DNA of 64,000 nucleotides, taken from NCBI GenBank assembly GCA_951406725.2, contig OX597831.1:13702001-13766000 (forward strand). Direction: 5' to 3'. Below are positions 28,278 to 41,520 of this stretch, piece after piece; position 1 is the stretch's first letter, and every line of letters begins with the position of its first letter. The notes beneath the pieces were generated by a model that saw only the letters and a list, made by a program, of their open reading frames with translations, was not told the origin of the DNA and ran no database searches. Position numbers and translations under genes: made by a program. Origin of the DNA: Octopus vulgaris. Taxonomy: Eukaryota.

Positions 28278-31200
28278 GTGTGTATGTGTCTAGGTATATG
28301 GGTGTATACATAGATACATACGTATATAGATATATACATACATACATATCACTGTTTTCCGAATTAGGCGAATGCGTATTTTTCTTAGTTCTTCATTGCC
28401 CACAAAGGGCTAAACATAGAGGGGACAAACAAGGACAGACAATGGGATTAAGTCGATTACATCGACCCCACCAACTAGAACTTATTTAATCGATTTGAAA
28501 AGGATGAAAGGCAAAGTCGACCTGGGCGGAATTTGAACTCAGATCGTAACGGCAGACGAAATATCGCTAAGCATTTCGCCCTGCGTTTTACCGATTCAGC
28601 CAGCTCGCCGCAAATGCATATTTTTCTGATTTAGGGATACTTGCATGAATATGAATGTATACATACGCCTGTATGTATGTGTGTATGCATGTATATGTGC
28701 AGATTTTTACAGTTCCAGTGATGGATTGGATTTGTAGTCTTCGAATTGCCTTTCTACTTTCTGGTTTCTAATTTCTCACGTTTGGTATTTAGGCAGCGTG
28801 TGATTAATTATTGGTATAAGCCTGAACTTTTAATCTGGATAGAGAAATTACAGATTTCTCAATAGTTCAGCGTAGGTACTCTCTATTCCGTTATTAAATT
28901 TCATAATCATGTTTTTTTCAATCGCTGCATTTATTCATTTTCTTCTCCCTATTCCAGTTATTGGGTTGCAGTTATGTTGGTGTTCAGGTATGTAAATATT
29001 AATCATCAGCAATATTTACTTTGAAATACGATACTATTCATCGATCCCTATTTGTCGAAACATTCAGTTATGCAACAGGAACAAATTTCATAACTTTTAT
29101 TAAACAGTTTTAACATAAAGATATGCTCTGTTTTTCAAGACCTTCTTTTAATTTTAGTATTTATTTATTCTGTGCAAATGTTGCCGCAAGTTAGAGGAGG
29201 TTGCATATGACACCTTTTTTCATAATGCCTGTTAAATATCGAGTGATATTTATGAGACTTTGGGAAGCATCTATCAAGGGCTGCCAAAAACTATCTGGCA
29301 GTCTTCGAAGATTAGGTATGGATACCAAAGAACAATATGGTTTCTATATTTGGTGTTATGGTTTTTTATGCCAATGTGTGGTATTTGTTTAGTGCGATAT
29401 ATTGTGTTGGGTGTATTTTTCTTCAGGAGGAATCATTTATCATAAAATATAGGATTAACCATAACAGTGGAAACTGAACGCTGTCAAGTTCACTTCCTTG
29501 ATGCCACATTTTGCCTTGACACTGGTCTTTGTGAGCCTTTCCACAAATCAAATTCTAGACTTAAATATATTTATGTTATGTCCAAATATCCACCCTCCAT
29601 TATACGTTGTCTTGTACAGAATATTAAGACCAATAATATAGGCGAAAGAAATTGTCTGACAGCCATGACCGGGTTCTCCTGCCTGTGTATAATCGTGCTG
29701 AGTCCTGCTGCTAGACAAAGATTTTTCCAGGAACCACCCTCACGACTGAGGGCAGAGATACCTCCATCAATACTCTTGATGTAGGTCTCCGTTTTGTGTC
29801 AGGTTGTGTGGGATGAAGAATGGAGGCATAACGTCGCCATCACTAGTGATTTCTCTAAAAACCATGATGTTGACTCGATGTTTCGTTATTATCAATCTCG
29901 GTACATATTTTGGGGACACCTTGAATATAAAATGATTGATAATAGAATATAACAGACATTTAGTAATATAAATATCTCTCTCAGTATTCTCAACCTATTT
30001 CTTATTATTAATGCTTCCCCTGATCCCCTCACTAATTATTTCTGACTTAGGTTTATGTACAAAAACACAATGTCCCTTTGATTTTTATTCTTACCGAGGA
30101 ACCTTAAATAATTACGAAATTCAAAATTATTAGAGCCTCATCATTTACGAGAAATTATAGAAGTGTACTAACCATATCTTACTTAATGTATTAAAAGTTA
30201 GAAAATTATCAATTATGTAATAATTTCAAAACTCCTAACGAAGCAATCTTCACACAAAACAATTCACTAGTCACACGAAAAATCAGAAAAGTTTGAAAAG
30301 TCTTATCTCTAACAACAAGCATCCAGATATGAAAGTTTCCAATTAATTATGTGGTTTTAGGCTGCAATTAAATGTTTTAATTTATATTATGTTTCAACGA
30401 AAATTTTAAACTTGCAGAAGTGGACAGAGTGAACTTTTGCATGAGTGAAGATTATTGTATTGTGGCTTGGAAAAAGTATCCTGACGCATTTAATGGACAA
30501 AGAGATGTTAATTTCTGTCCGTAAATATCCTTTTATTTCCAATAATACTTTTGTTAGCACATCTATTGAATATATTATTTAAGTAAGTTTAATAATCAAT
30601 ACTAGTATTTAGCAGCTAATGCAAATTACTACTGGTATTTCTTAGATGAGATCATTTTAAGAAATTGTGCGCAGCGCACACGATTTAAAACACTCAAATA
30701 ATTTATTAGGTTTTTATCATAAAACAGAGAAAAACCATTTAGACCACCAAAAAGCAAAATTATTTAATACATTTCAAAATGGTACAGGTTTCAATTTCAC
30801 TAAGATGTCTTAGTTCAAAATTTAAGCAAAATATATCCAGTTATGTTAAGCAATAATTTTCAGTAAACATATCAACCGATTTATGTTTGCTTTCCAGGCG
30901 ATTAAGAATGTATAGAGAATGTGCAAGGAAGAAAGGACCATGGTATTGTGTAAAGATAATGGAATTTGAAAGCCTGAGTTTTCAGGAGTGTTTTCGTAAG
31001 AAGATTTTCAAAAATTTCTTCACATCATATTCTTAGAAATCTTGAAGCTTTGAACTAAATTGTAAACGATATTTTTGTATAAATTCTTATAGAAGTAATT
31101 TGAAATTTGCCATTCGACTAAAATCAAAATAATAATATTGTTGATTCTTTTCTATTCAATCAACATTCATATAAGCGATGGAATTTTTGTCTACACTTAA

Positions 31201-33084
31201 CACAAGGCCCAAAATTTCTAGGGAGAGAGCAGTTGATTAGTTCAACCCCAGAACACAAATGGTATTTAATTTAATCGACTCCGGAAGGATGAAAGGCAAA
31301 GTCGACACCGGCGAAATTCGATCTCAGGACATAACGGCAGACGAAATACCGCTGAGCATTTTGCCCGGCCTGCTAACGATTCTGCCAGCTCGCCGCCCTT
31401 AAAGAGCAATGGAATATGAATATCAGTACGCTTGTATTTAGTCATGACTGTTTACGTCGTTGTAATTCTGTATACCACCATGTTGATTTTATCGATTAGT
31501 AAAGATTACGAGAGCGTATAGCATGATCTAAGTCGGGAATTACATTATCAACGACTATACTAAACTTGTTAGAATGGAAACTTACAATGTGACAGTAACC
31601 TCGATGACTCTACAGAGTTACTCGTGTGTTTATTTGATGCTAAAATGCTCGACCAGGTCTAATAATTACGCGAAATATTAATTTTAAGCTAATTAATCAG
31701 GTTCTCACATTTTTATTCCAGCTGTTCCTAAAAGTAAAACGTCAAGGAACCTTTCAGTCCACGTTATGTTTTCACACTGTGCCTTACTAATACTTATTCG
31801 GTGCACATTTTTGTGATGGAGGAATTAAATACCAAATACCAATATATTTGATGTAAGGACAGTTATTAAATATCACACATTTCATATTGATATTTTACTT
31901 CCGCATGAGCGGAAAAGTCCACCCGGAAGACCTCCACGACGGTGGAGTGACGATTTCAGGAGGACGATTGGGATCACGTGGATGAGAAAAGCGCGATCCA
32001 GAGAAGAGTGGACAGCGTGCTGTGACCAGTGGTGTCAAATGGACGCCTGAGGGACTGGTCGGTCAAAGTGATCAAAGTGATTTTACTTTCACAATATTTT
32101 CAACTATTTTCCTTCGGTAGGAAATAAAAATGGCTGTTGAATTATCTGACAGTATTAATCCGGTGATATAATAATACTAACACGAATATATCAACAAGAA
32201 ATTATCATAGGAATATCTCAATGATTATTATTTCCAACTAAAAGTCTCAATTCTCTTATGCATCAGCGAATCGTTAACAGAAAATATGCTACGTATGTTC
32301 ATTATCCGAGACGATGCCGATTCTATATAACTCTGGTGACACAGTGATATATCTGCATAAACCTTAATAGAAATGTATTTATACACTGTAGGCTAACGAT
32401 ATTATAAACAAGATCCTTAATCATAAGATAATACTGTAATGTTGTTTTGATAGGACTGAATCTTACTAGAATATTAGCGTCCTGCCAGTGCAATATAACA
32501 ATTACTGTATTTATTATGTGACTGTAACATCGATTATGCCAGTGTAACATCAGAGTAAAACTGTTGCATTATCTTTGGGAAGTCTATTGCCAATTTATCT
32601 CCGACAGTTCAAGGAAATATTTAACATTTCCGTTTGCAAATTGGTGAAAGGTTGATTGATCCCTTAGCATATTTCTTTAGACTTTTCCTTTACACACCAC
32701 CTCCAACAGTTTTGGAAGAGCGTTTGGGATTTGCTTTAGTTAGATCGCTTTAGATCACTTTAGATCACAGGAGACGAAGGGAAAATGGAGCTGTTTGTTA
32801 AGTATAGTTATGAGAATCAGTACATGATAATAGAAGGGGCAGGTCTCGTTAAGCATATGTAATATATTTGCTGGGGGATGCAAACCTCGAAACAAATAAC
32901 AAATATGTAGCATTGAAACATGGCAGAGACTGATTGGTGGGAAGCTAGCGCGGTCGACATGTCGCATAAACTAACGACAGACAATACTAAATTATCTACG
33001 AGCAACTCCATTTGTCTAATATTTCAATAGCAGTTCTAATCTATTCTCATTGCAGTTAATATTCCATTCAGCACTTATTACTGA
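27099..33084 (+). CDS. Gene C: secreted six-cysteine peptide precursor, 97 aa, 5 exons
   Basis: Exons 27099-27132, 28958-28987, 30418-30520, 30898-30995, 33056-33084; GT-AG, phases 1,1,2,1. [103 protein letters not shown] 33126-33131. Confidence 0.88.
27899..28221 (+). mobile_element. CORE-type SINE inserted in (TG)n of gene C intron 1 (copy-specific)
   Basis: tRNA-like head, tgtgtccttgagcaagacacttt core; absent from the equivalent site in D, E, F. Confidence 0.85.
28400..28610 (-). mobile_element. SINE family 1 in intron 1 (single in C and F ~59697-59900; double in D ~41000-41405 and E ~49720-50122)
   Basis: Reverse complement of the 6795 element. Confidence 0.85.
29300..29640 (+). mobile_element. 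Penelope-like reverse transcriptase fragment in intron 2 (also ~42150-42490, 50910-51260)
   Basis: [39 protein letters not shown] resembles the PLE motif FLDV...Y.KP...YI...S.HP. Confidence 0.65.
31901..32080 (+). mobile_element. 180 bp 3' end of an RTE LINE in intron 4 of gene C
   Basis: Matches 54441-54619; tail tcaaagtgatcaaagtga; flanked by duplicated ttttactt. Confidence 0.9.
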
Positions 33085-33315
33085 AGCTGTGATAATTACA
33101 AATGTGAGAAATACAAATGTATGCAAATAAAATTATAACAAATATCTAAGTTTTGTTTTTTGGGTTTTGATGGAATGGGAAAACTTTAATAAACTATTTC
33201 TATTGACTAGCTCTATTTTGAGTATTAAGTACAGGAAACTCTCTCATGCGTATTTTAACCAAATTTTAATCGTTACAGATATTTTAATAAGCATTGCTAT
33301 CTATTTCTGTTTCAG

Positions 33316-33338
33316 TTCATATTTCTGTCAGCATTTAG
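33316..33338 (+). other. Orphan/alternative terminal exon 5b (also 24528-24550, 45880-45902, 55849-55871)
   Basis: Acceptor ttctgtttcag, phase-compatible with exon 4, reads (L)HISVSI*, own AATAAA at 33402; homologous to gene A exon 5 (HIPVSSQF*). Confidence 0.65.
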
Positions 33339-36026
33339 TACTCCAGCACTTAGTCCTGAAGCTGTGATTAAAACAAACATACAAAAATACATATCTGAGT
33401 AAATAAACTATTTATGCTACTATAATAAATATGTCGGTGTTGTTTTCTGGTTTTGACTGGATTTGAAACCTTATCAAAATTATATTTTTTGAATATCTGC
33501 ATTTTGAATCAATCGTGTTTTGGATGACCTCCAAGAAGAGATGGACGTCCATGAGTACTGACTGAGTAAATACGGGTGAAGACGGAATGACGCTCAACAA
33601 ATTTCCGTTTCTTTCAGATGTGGGGAGATGTTAAGTAATAACTTATTTGGTTTCTGAATCTGAATGAGTGTATATAATACTAGAACCTTCCTTCGTAAGA
33701 TATTTCTTAAAGTCTCACACAGAAATTTCTTTCGTCTATAACATTTGTTTTGTCAAAGTTTGTTTATAATATATACACACTTCTTTATGACACCGCTACA
33801 AATTATTTTGAGAACTCTCAGTATTGAACCTATCATATTCACTTAGTTTCACACACTTTTTACGTCCTTGAATTTTATTCCTTTTCAATTTGCATTCAGA
33901 GCTTTTAGAAGGATTCCAGATGGAGATTTTACTTACATTACAAGTAAAGAAGAGACAATTACAGAATTCAAATTTAACCCCAATTATTTTGTCTTTGCTG
34001 CCAGGTTTGCATTGAAAAGTGTTCGAATCGTAACTAGTCATGCTTCTACTAAGTGAATACGATTGAAATAGGTCAAGAAGTCAAGAATTTACTCGGAGCT
34101 GCTTCTGCTGTTCTCAGTTATGAATTGCTTCCGAATATATGTCTGCCCGACAACAGAATGTTTCACACTAATATTTGAGTTTTCAGAAACTCGATGACTG
34201 AAAACATCCCCGATCTTATAAAAGATGATTGAGTTATTGACTGAATATCCTTCTGGGTAGACCATCCTAGACCAGTTATTTCTCCATCAAATGACTACTA
34301 TAATACTAAATATTTGCCCCCTCAAAAGTCGAAATTTGCATGATGCATCTGATTTACTTAACAAATCCCATAGCGAAAGTCTTCTCTACTTTATCTACTA
34401 AATCTAATAATTTCGGATTACAGACATATTTCCTGTGATCCTGCTGCAATGCAGTATCTACTGACAGCGGTTGACTGCATGACATAGGCTAACCCAATGA
34501 CGTTGGCTGAGAAGACACAACCGGATCTATATTGTCCTCGATATTTCGGATATAAAGCCCTGTAAGTACCAGAAAAATGTATATATTATTGTGGGACCGT
34601 CCCTAATTTAGAAAAAGAGCAAAATTGTAACATATCTTGTCGATTCATTAGCTTGTATTTAACTCGCTAAACGAACATAGGCTCATTTTAAGATCGTCTA
34701 GGTCAGCGTACATGGCTGCTTGTCGTTTATCTGTCGTTTCTTCTTCAGCGACAGACATTGAATGTCTGAAAGAAGAGGATAACGAAGACTTTATTAATTA
34801 AGCAAAGAGTGCGACAAATGAAGATATTGTAGTGAGATTAGAAGTGAAAAGCAGAGGCGAAACATTCATGAACGAAAGCTTATAGCAGCATCGCCGAGAA
34901 AGACATAATGGAAAATTAATGTGAAATGATAAAACCTAGAGACAACGTGAAGCAAGGGGTATTCACATTACCAGATAAGAATCGAAACAAAGCACCCAGG
35001 GTGGATGACTGAAAGAATTTTCCAGTTGATGTCAGAATGCAAAACAACAAACAACATGGCGCCCAAAAAAGAAACAATTTGAAAAGCAAATGTTGCAGAG
35101 AGAAACAATATTATCACACAAACCAAAACAAATAAATGTATTTAAAAAATCAAAGAAATGACAGAGAATCGAACTTTAAATAAAAAAAATGAGGTTCTAT
35201 TAAAGAACTAACAAAACTCCATATATTTGGTGTTAGATACTAAGAGAAAATATATTTCAATTTGTGATAAGCATGTCCTTTCTCTTCCGAGGATTCAGGA
35301 AAAGTGTGTCAAAGTGTACGTTATTCAACGTACCAAATTCTTTCAAGATAGTAGGAAGTGTGACTTGAAATAGCTACGGTTGATATAGTTGGCGGCCACA
35401 TTGATCCCTTCTATCCTGCACCAATTAAATAGTTCCGTGTCCCTTGCAATACATTTTCACTTCCCGTTTTGACCCATTTTAGTGTTATGGTTCTTAGAGC
35501 CTTTTTTATTTATTGTTATTCAAAGGAGATACTGGTGACTCGAACCCCTTCATGCGTTTCAAAATTTCGAAACCAACTCTTTACTAAAACCATACGACTT
35601 CTACCGACGAAACGTAGCGCCTATGTGGACACTTATGTCTACCAAAATCAGTTGATAGAAATTTCTGAACGCAGTAAAGGAGATATGAATTACGCAAACA
35701 CACACACATACACACACACACCACACACATAGCACGTACACACACACATACACACACACACTATGCAATCTCACGCACATACACACGGACAAACACACAC
35801 ACATACACATACGTATTTCAACAGATAAAATTCTCAAATAAATCACTGAAACCGATTTCGTTGTCATCCACACTATTAAAAATGCGACAGAAAAAAATAT
35901 TATATAACAGAGTACGTTACAATTATAATCCCAGTTGGACTGAAGACCAACAGCAGTTACATCGTTTCTAGGTTTATAAGACACGGAGAGAAGTAGAATA
36001 ACATTCTATGAGAAAACAAAACCACT

Positions 36027-36296
36027 ATGAGATATATTCTATGCATTTGTCTTACCGTTGGTGAGTATTTAAAAGACAAATGTTTATCTTCCGAGATGCA
36101 AATGTTCGACCGTAAACTCTGAATAGGATTTCATGCAATTTACAACAATTCCCACTTATATATTTCTATGCGTACGAACAAACAAACGCGCAATCGTGCA
36201 CACATACGCACACAGATACATACACAAACACATACACAAATATATATATGTGTATATATATATATCCATATATATATATAGGTGTATGTATGTATT

Positions 36297-36369
<73 letters not shown>

Positions 36370-38032
36370 TAGCAGAATTGCCCGGCGTTGCTCGGGGCTG
36401 AATTGCTTGAAAGTACTGTTAATGATTGCACTGAATTATGATGATTATTCAGGCAAATATTGATATAAGCTTACGGTGGGAGATAAGGACTTAACGATCA
36501 AACGTGTGCCATTGCATTGTTTTGGGGGAACCAAATTTCTGATCAGCATTATAGGTGCACCAACTTTAAGTTTGAGAAAGTGTGGTGGTAGTCCGGGGTG
36601 CTCAAAGGAATTGAGTACCTCTATTGGATAGTTGATGACGTCCTCTGGGTCAGGAGTTGTATCGATAGACTGATATACATAGACTTCCCCAGGAATGAGT
36701 TTTGGCATTTCATCATTAATATGGTGAACAGTTTTATTCCTCGGGGCCAGTATAGCCTTTTTGCCAATCCAATCCATATTCTGATAATTAGCTTGTAGAT
36801 CTGGGAACACTGCATCTCTGAGATCAGAAGGCGTCTTAACAATGGTACAAATGGAATCGATGGCAATATTACCATTTTCATCCCCTGGTATTTTGCCTTC
36901 GCCAAGTGCAAGGAGGGTGTGAGGAAATGCTGCTGATGTGATATTACGTCGCATATGAGCACGCATATTGGTGTGAAGTTTGAGAGTTACTTCCGTAAAT
37001 TTTAAAAAATATGCATTAAAATGGAAAAAAATGATGGTAAATTATTTGTAAAATCATAGACTCATCGTAGATGCGCGCTAATACCCAGAAGGGCTCGATA
37101 TGAATCACGACTATAAGATACCCGGTTTTGGTTAAACTGCATCGCAAAATGTGGGAGTAGTTAGGAATCTAAATCGGAGTAGACAGACACACAACCTTTC
37201 TTTTATATATAAATATTTTCGTCCTAAAAAACTTTGTATGGATTGAATGGTTACCTCTATGGAAATATATACATGCACATTATACATACATGTGTGTATA
37301 GATGAATATATAAATACATTTAAATATCTATATACACTTTTGGGCGATCTCTGTGCTACTTAGAGATAACTTTAGATCTTATTTTCGTCCTAAAAAACTT
37401 TGTGCGGAGTGAATGGTTACGTGTATGGAAATATATACACACACATTATACATACATCTGTGTATAGATGAATATATAAATACATTTAAATATCTATATA
37501 CACTTTTGGGCGATCTTTCTGCTACTTGGATATAGGGGCGATGTTTTGCTTGTCGTAGCACACGTCTCCGTCGATTTCCGTAAAAAATGTAAACACTGAA
37601 TCGGCCATACATACATACATACATACACACACACATACATACACACACACATACATGCATACATACATATACACATAAACCGAGTAAAAAATTTCAGTTA
37701 TCTCTCTCTTTCACACATTACTCTCTCTGTCTCTTCGCACACACACTAACAGAAGCACTTCACTTACACAACATACTGTCTGTCTCCCACACTCCATCAA
37801 ACACACACACACACACACATGTACATCAATGCGTCCCATGCACGGTAACTTCAAAAGAACTTCCCTCGTCATACAATCGCTTTCTCTTAGTCTCTTTCGC
37901 TCTCATTACTTATGGAAAAAATAATTTTTTTACGGAAATCGACGGAAACCTGTGCTACGACAAGCGAAACATCGCCGATATAGGTCTTATATTCGTCCTA
38001 AAATACTTTCCTGTCACACACTCATGCACACG

Positions 38033-38075
<43 letters not shown>

Positions 38076-41000
38076 CCTCACACACACACGCACTCACACA
38101 CACGCACACACACACGTTAGGTTACAATTTTATTTATATATTTGCGTGTCTATGTGTGTAAAGAGGAAGTGGCAGACTGAAAGAGTCACTCACTACAAAA
38201 GGTGAATTACTTTCATTTTATTCCTTGCACACTGTGTGTGTGCGTGTGCATGTGGTGTAAAACACATTAAGAAAAGTATTTGACATACACACCAGAATGT
38301 GAGTTTTCTGTAAATTTTGCTTAATTGGAGTTTAAATTTTAAAGAGTGGACCTGGCAAAACCCGATGCATTCTACTCTTAAAAATGCTAGGTAAATTGTA
38401 ATTGAAGAAATCCTATATTGTAGATTTCTATAATTGACAAAGGGAGGCAGATAAAATCTGCCTTTTATAATAAGAGATGAATGTCTTCAACTTTTGATGT
38501 TTTTTATAAATGACATTGTTTTTTGTAACTGATTGGCACTCTCTCTCTCTCTTTCTCTCCCTCCCTATCTCTCCCTCTCTCTCTTTCTCTTTATATGTGT
38601 ATGTATGTATATGTGTATTTGTATGTATATATATGTGTATCCATGTAAATATATACATATATATACATATATATATATATAAGCACACACACATTTATAT
38701 GTATATATGTAAAAGAAAAAAATCAATCAGAAAGGAACTCTATCTCACTCAAAATATCTTTTGATAAGCATAACAAATGTGCAACCGGTAAACTCTTACT
38801 TTTTTTATTCTACACTGAAATCTGACATTGAACTTTTCCACAAAAAACTGTATATTACACGCTTTTACTAAATATCTTATTCTGAAACAGAACACTGTAA
38901 AAGACTCTTACTTTTTTTCTTATACACTGAAAACATTGTATTCTAACCCAATTTTTCTCTTTTTTTGTTTAAAAAAAGAACTTTCACCTAATTAAATACA
39001 CTCTCCCTTACTTAAATTATTTTGTCAGCATTTTCTTCATTTCCTTTTATATATATACTAGCAGTATCGCCCGGCGTTGCTCGGGTTGTAAGGGAAATAA
39101 CTATATAAGCATTTTTAGAGAGTTATAGCCAAAAGATGCATTAAAAATTGAAAAAAAATTAAGGTAAATATTTTTTAAATCGTTGACACATCGTAGATAT
39201 TTTTAGAGAGTTACTTCCCTTATATAAAAGCGAAAAAAAAGCATTAAAATGGAAAAATATGATGGTAAATTTTTTTAAAATCGTAGACTCAGCGTAGACG
39301 CACGCTAATACCCAGAAGGGCTCGATATGAATCACGACTATAAGATACCCGCTTTTGGTTAAACTGCACCGCAAAATGTGGGAGTAGTTAGGAATCTAAA
39401 TCGTAGGAGACAGACACACAAATTCACTCTTATATAAAGATGCTTTTTTTTTTTCAGTCATAGAGTTAGATTTATGAAGGTCTTCAGTAGAAAATCCTTC
39501 GAATTCTGACTCGCTGCTTGATATAATGAAATTCGTATCCATTTTTTTGTCAGAATTAAAAATTTTGAAAACACAATAGGAACAAATTTCGGAAAAAAAT
39601 CTCCCATAATTCACGGAATTAAAATTACACTTCGATTTTTGTACAAAACTGTAGTTGAAGTGCTTACGAAGTATAATACGTGTTTTCACGAATGTACTAA
39701 AGAGATTTGCTCTGATATTCTCATTTGAATAGGAATAGGTAAATTCGGGCGGCTTGGTAACTATATATAAGTGTCGTCTGTTTATACATAAACACTGTTT
39801 CATACTGCAATTATATATACATATATCTATATATAATATTATATAATAAAATATATACAGAGTAAAATAAAAACCAATTTAACTTTTCTGTCCTCCGTGT
39901 GTCTTTGCAAATGTGTTGGAATGATAAGCGAGTTGTGTTTTTGCGCCTTTTTTACTAATAACAAACACACACGTGTTTGTATGTAGTTGTATGTGTATGT
40001 AGTTGTATGTAGTTGTATATGTATGTGTATGCGTGTGTGTGAGGAATGACACACACACACTCACGCACGCACACATGTACATCAATGCTTTCGGAGTGAT
40101 ATGTTAAAATATTGAGTTTTCTCGAATTTTGTCTTAATTGGAGGTGAAACTGAAAGAAATATATTATGGCATGAGCGAATGGAGTACTTTGAAAAATCTT
40201 AGGTAAATTCTAATTGAGGAAGTTGTGTGAGGATTAAATGGTTATGTATTTATTTGTTTCTGTTTGCTGTGTTTTTTTATTTTTTGAGTAGTGGTTTAAA
40301 CACTTTCAGTTTAGTCTTGCTCAAATCACTCTGTCGCTATTTACTTTCATTTTATTCGTTGCCCACTGTGTGTGTGCGTTTGCGTGTGGTGTAAACCAGA
40401 CTAAGAAAAGCATTTGACACACACACCAGAATGTGAGTTTTCTGTAAATTTTGCTTAATTGGAGTTTAAATTTTAAAAACTGGAGCCGGCATGACGCGAT
40501 CCATTGTACTCTTAAAAATGCTAGGTAAATTGTAATTGAAGAAATCCTATATTGTAGATTTGTATAACTCCCAAAGGGAGGCAGATAAAATCTGCCTTTT
40601 ATAATAAGAGATATATATTTACGTATTTATATATATACACGTATTTATATATATGCACGTATTTATATATATAATTGTTAAAGACAACAAACGTTAAAGC
40701 AAGACATGCGTTATTATTACTGGAGCCCTAGTAATCCGTTACGGCACTTACCTAGCGTACCTAGTCGTGTAGATCACCTGTGAATATATTTTCTATATAT
40801 ATATGGATATCTATATATATATATATATATATGTGTATGTGTGGGTGTGGGTGTGTGTGTGTGTGTGTTTGCTTGTCTGTATGTTTGTATATATATGTGT
40901 GTATACATAGATACATACGTATATAGATATATACATACATACCTACATACATGACACTGTTTTCCGGCTGAGGCAAATGCATATTTTTCTTATTTCTTCA

Positions 41001-41481
41001 TTGCCCACAAAGGGCTAAACATAGAGGGGACAAACAAGGACAGACAATGGGATTAAGTCGATTACATCAACCCCACTAAATAGTACTTATTTAATCGACC
41101 CCAAAAGGATGATAGACAAAGTCGACCTCGGCGGAATTTGAACTCAGATCGTAATGGCAGGCGAAATATCTATTTCTATTTCTTTGCTACCCACAAGGAT
41201 CTAAACACAGACAAGACAAACAATTACAAACAAACGGATTAAGTCGATCATATCGACACCAGTGTGTAACTGGTCCTTAATATATCGAACCCAAAAGAAT
41301 GAAAGGCAAAGTCGACCTCGGCGCAATTTGATCATAGAACGTAACGGCAGACGAAATATCGCTAAGCATTTCGCCCTGCGTTTTAACGATTCTGCCAGCT
41401 CGTCGCAAATGCATATTTTTCTGATTTATGGACACTTGCATGACTATAAATGTGTATGTACACATTTGTGTATGTTTCTAT

Positions 41482-41520
<39 letters not shown>

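Noticed and set aside
36445-36966. PIF1 helicase as a host gene
   Set aside because: Partial and enclosed by Helitron termini.
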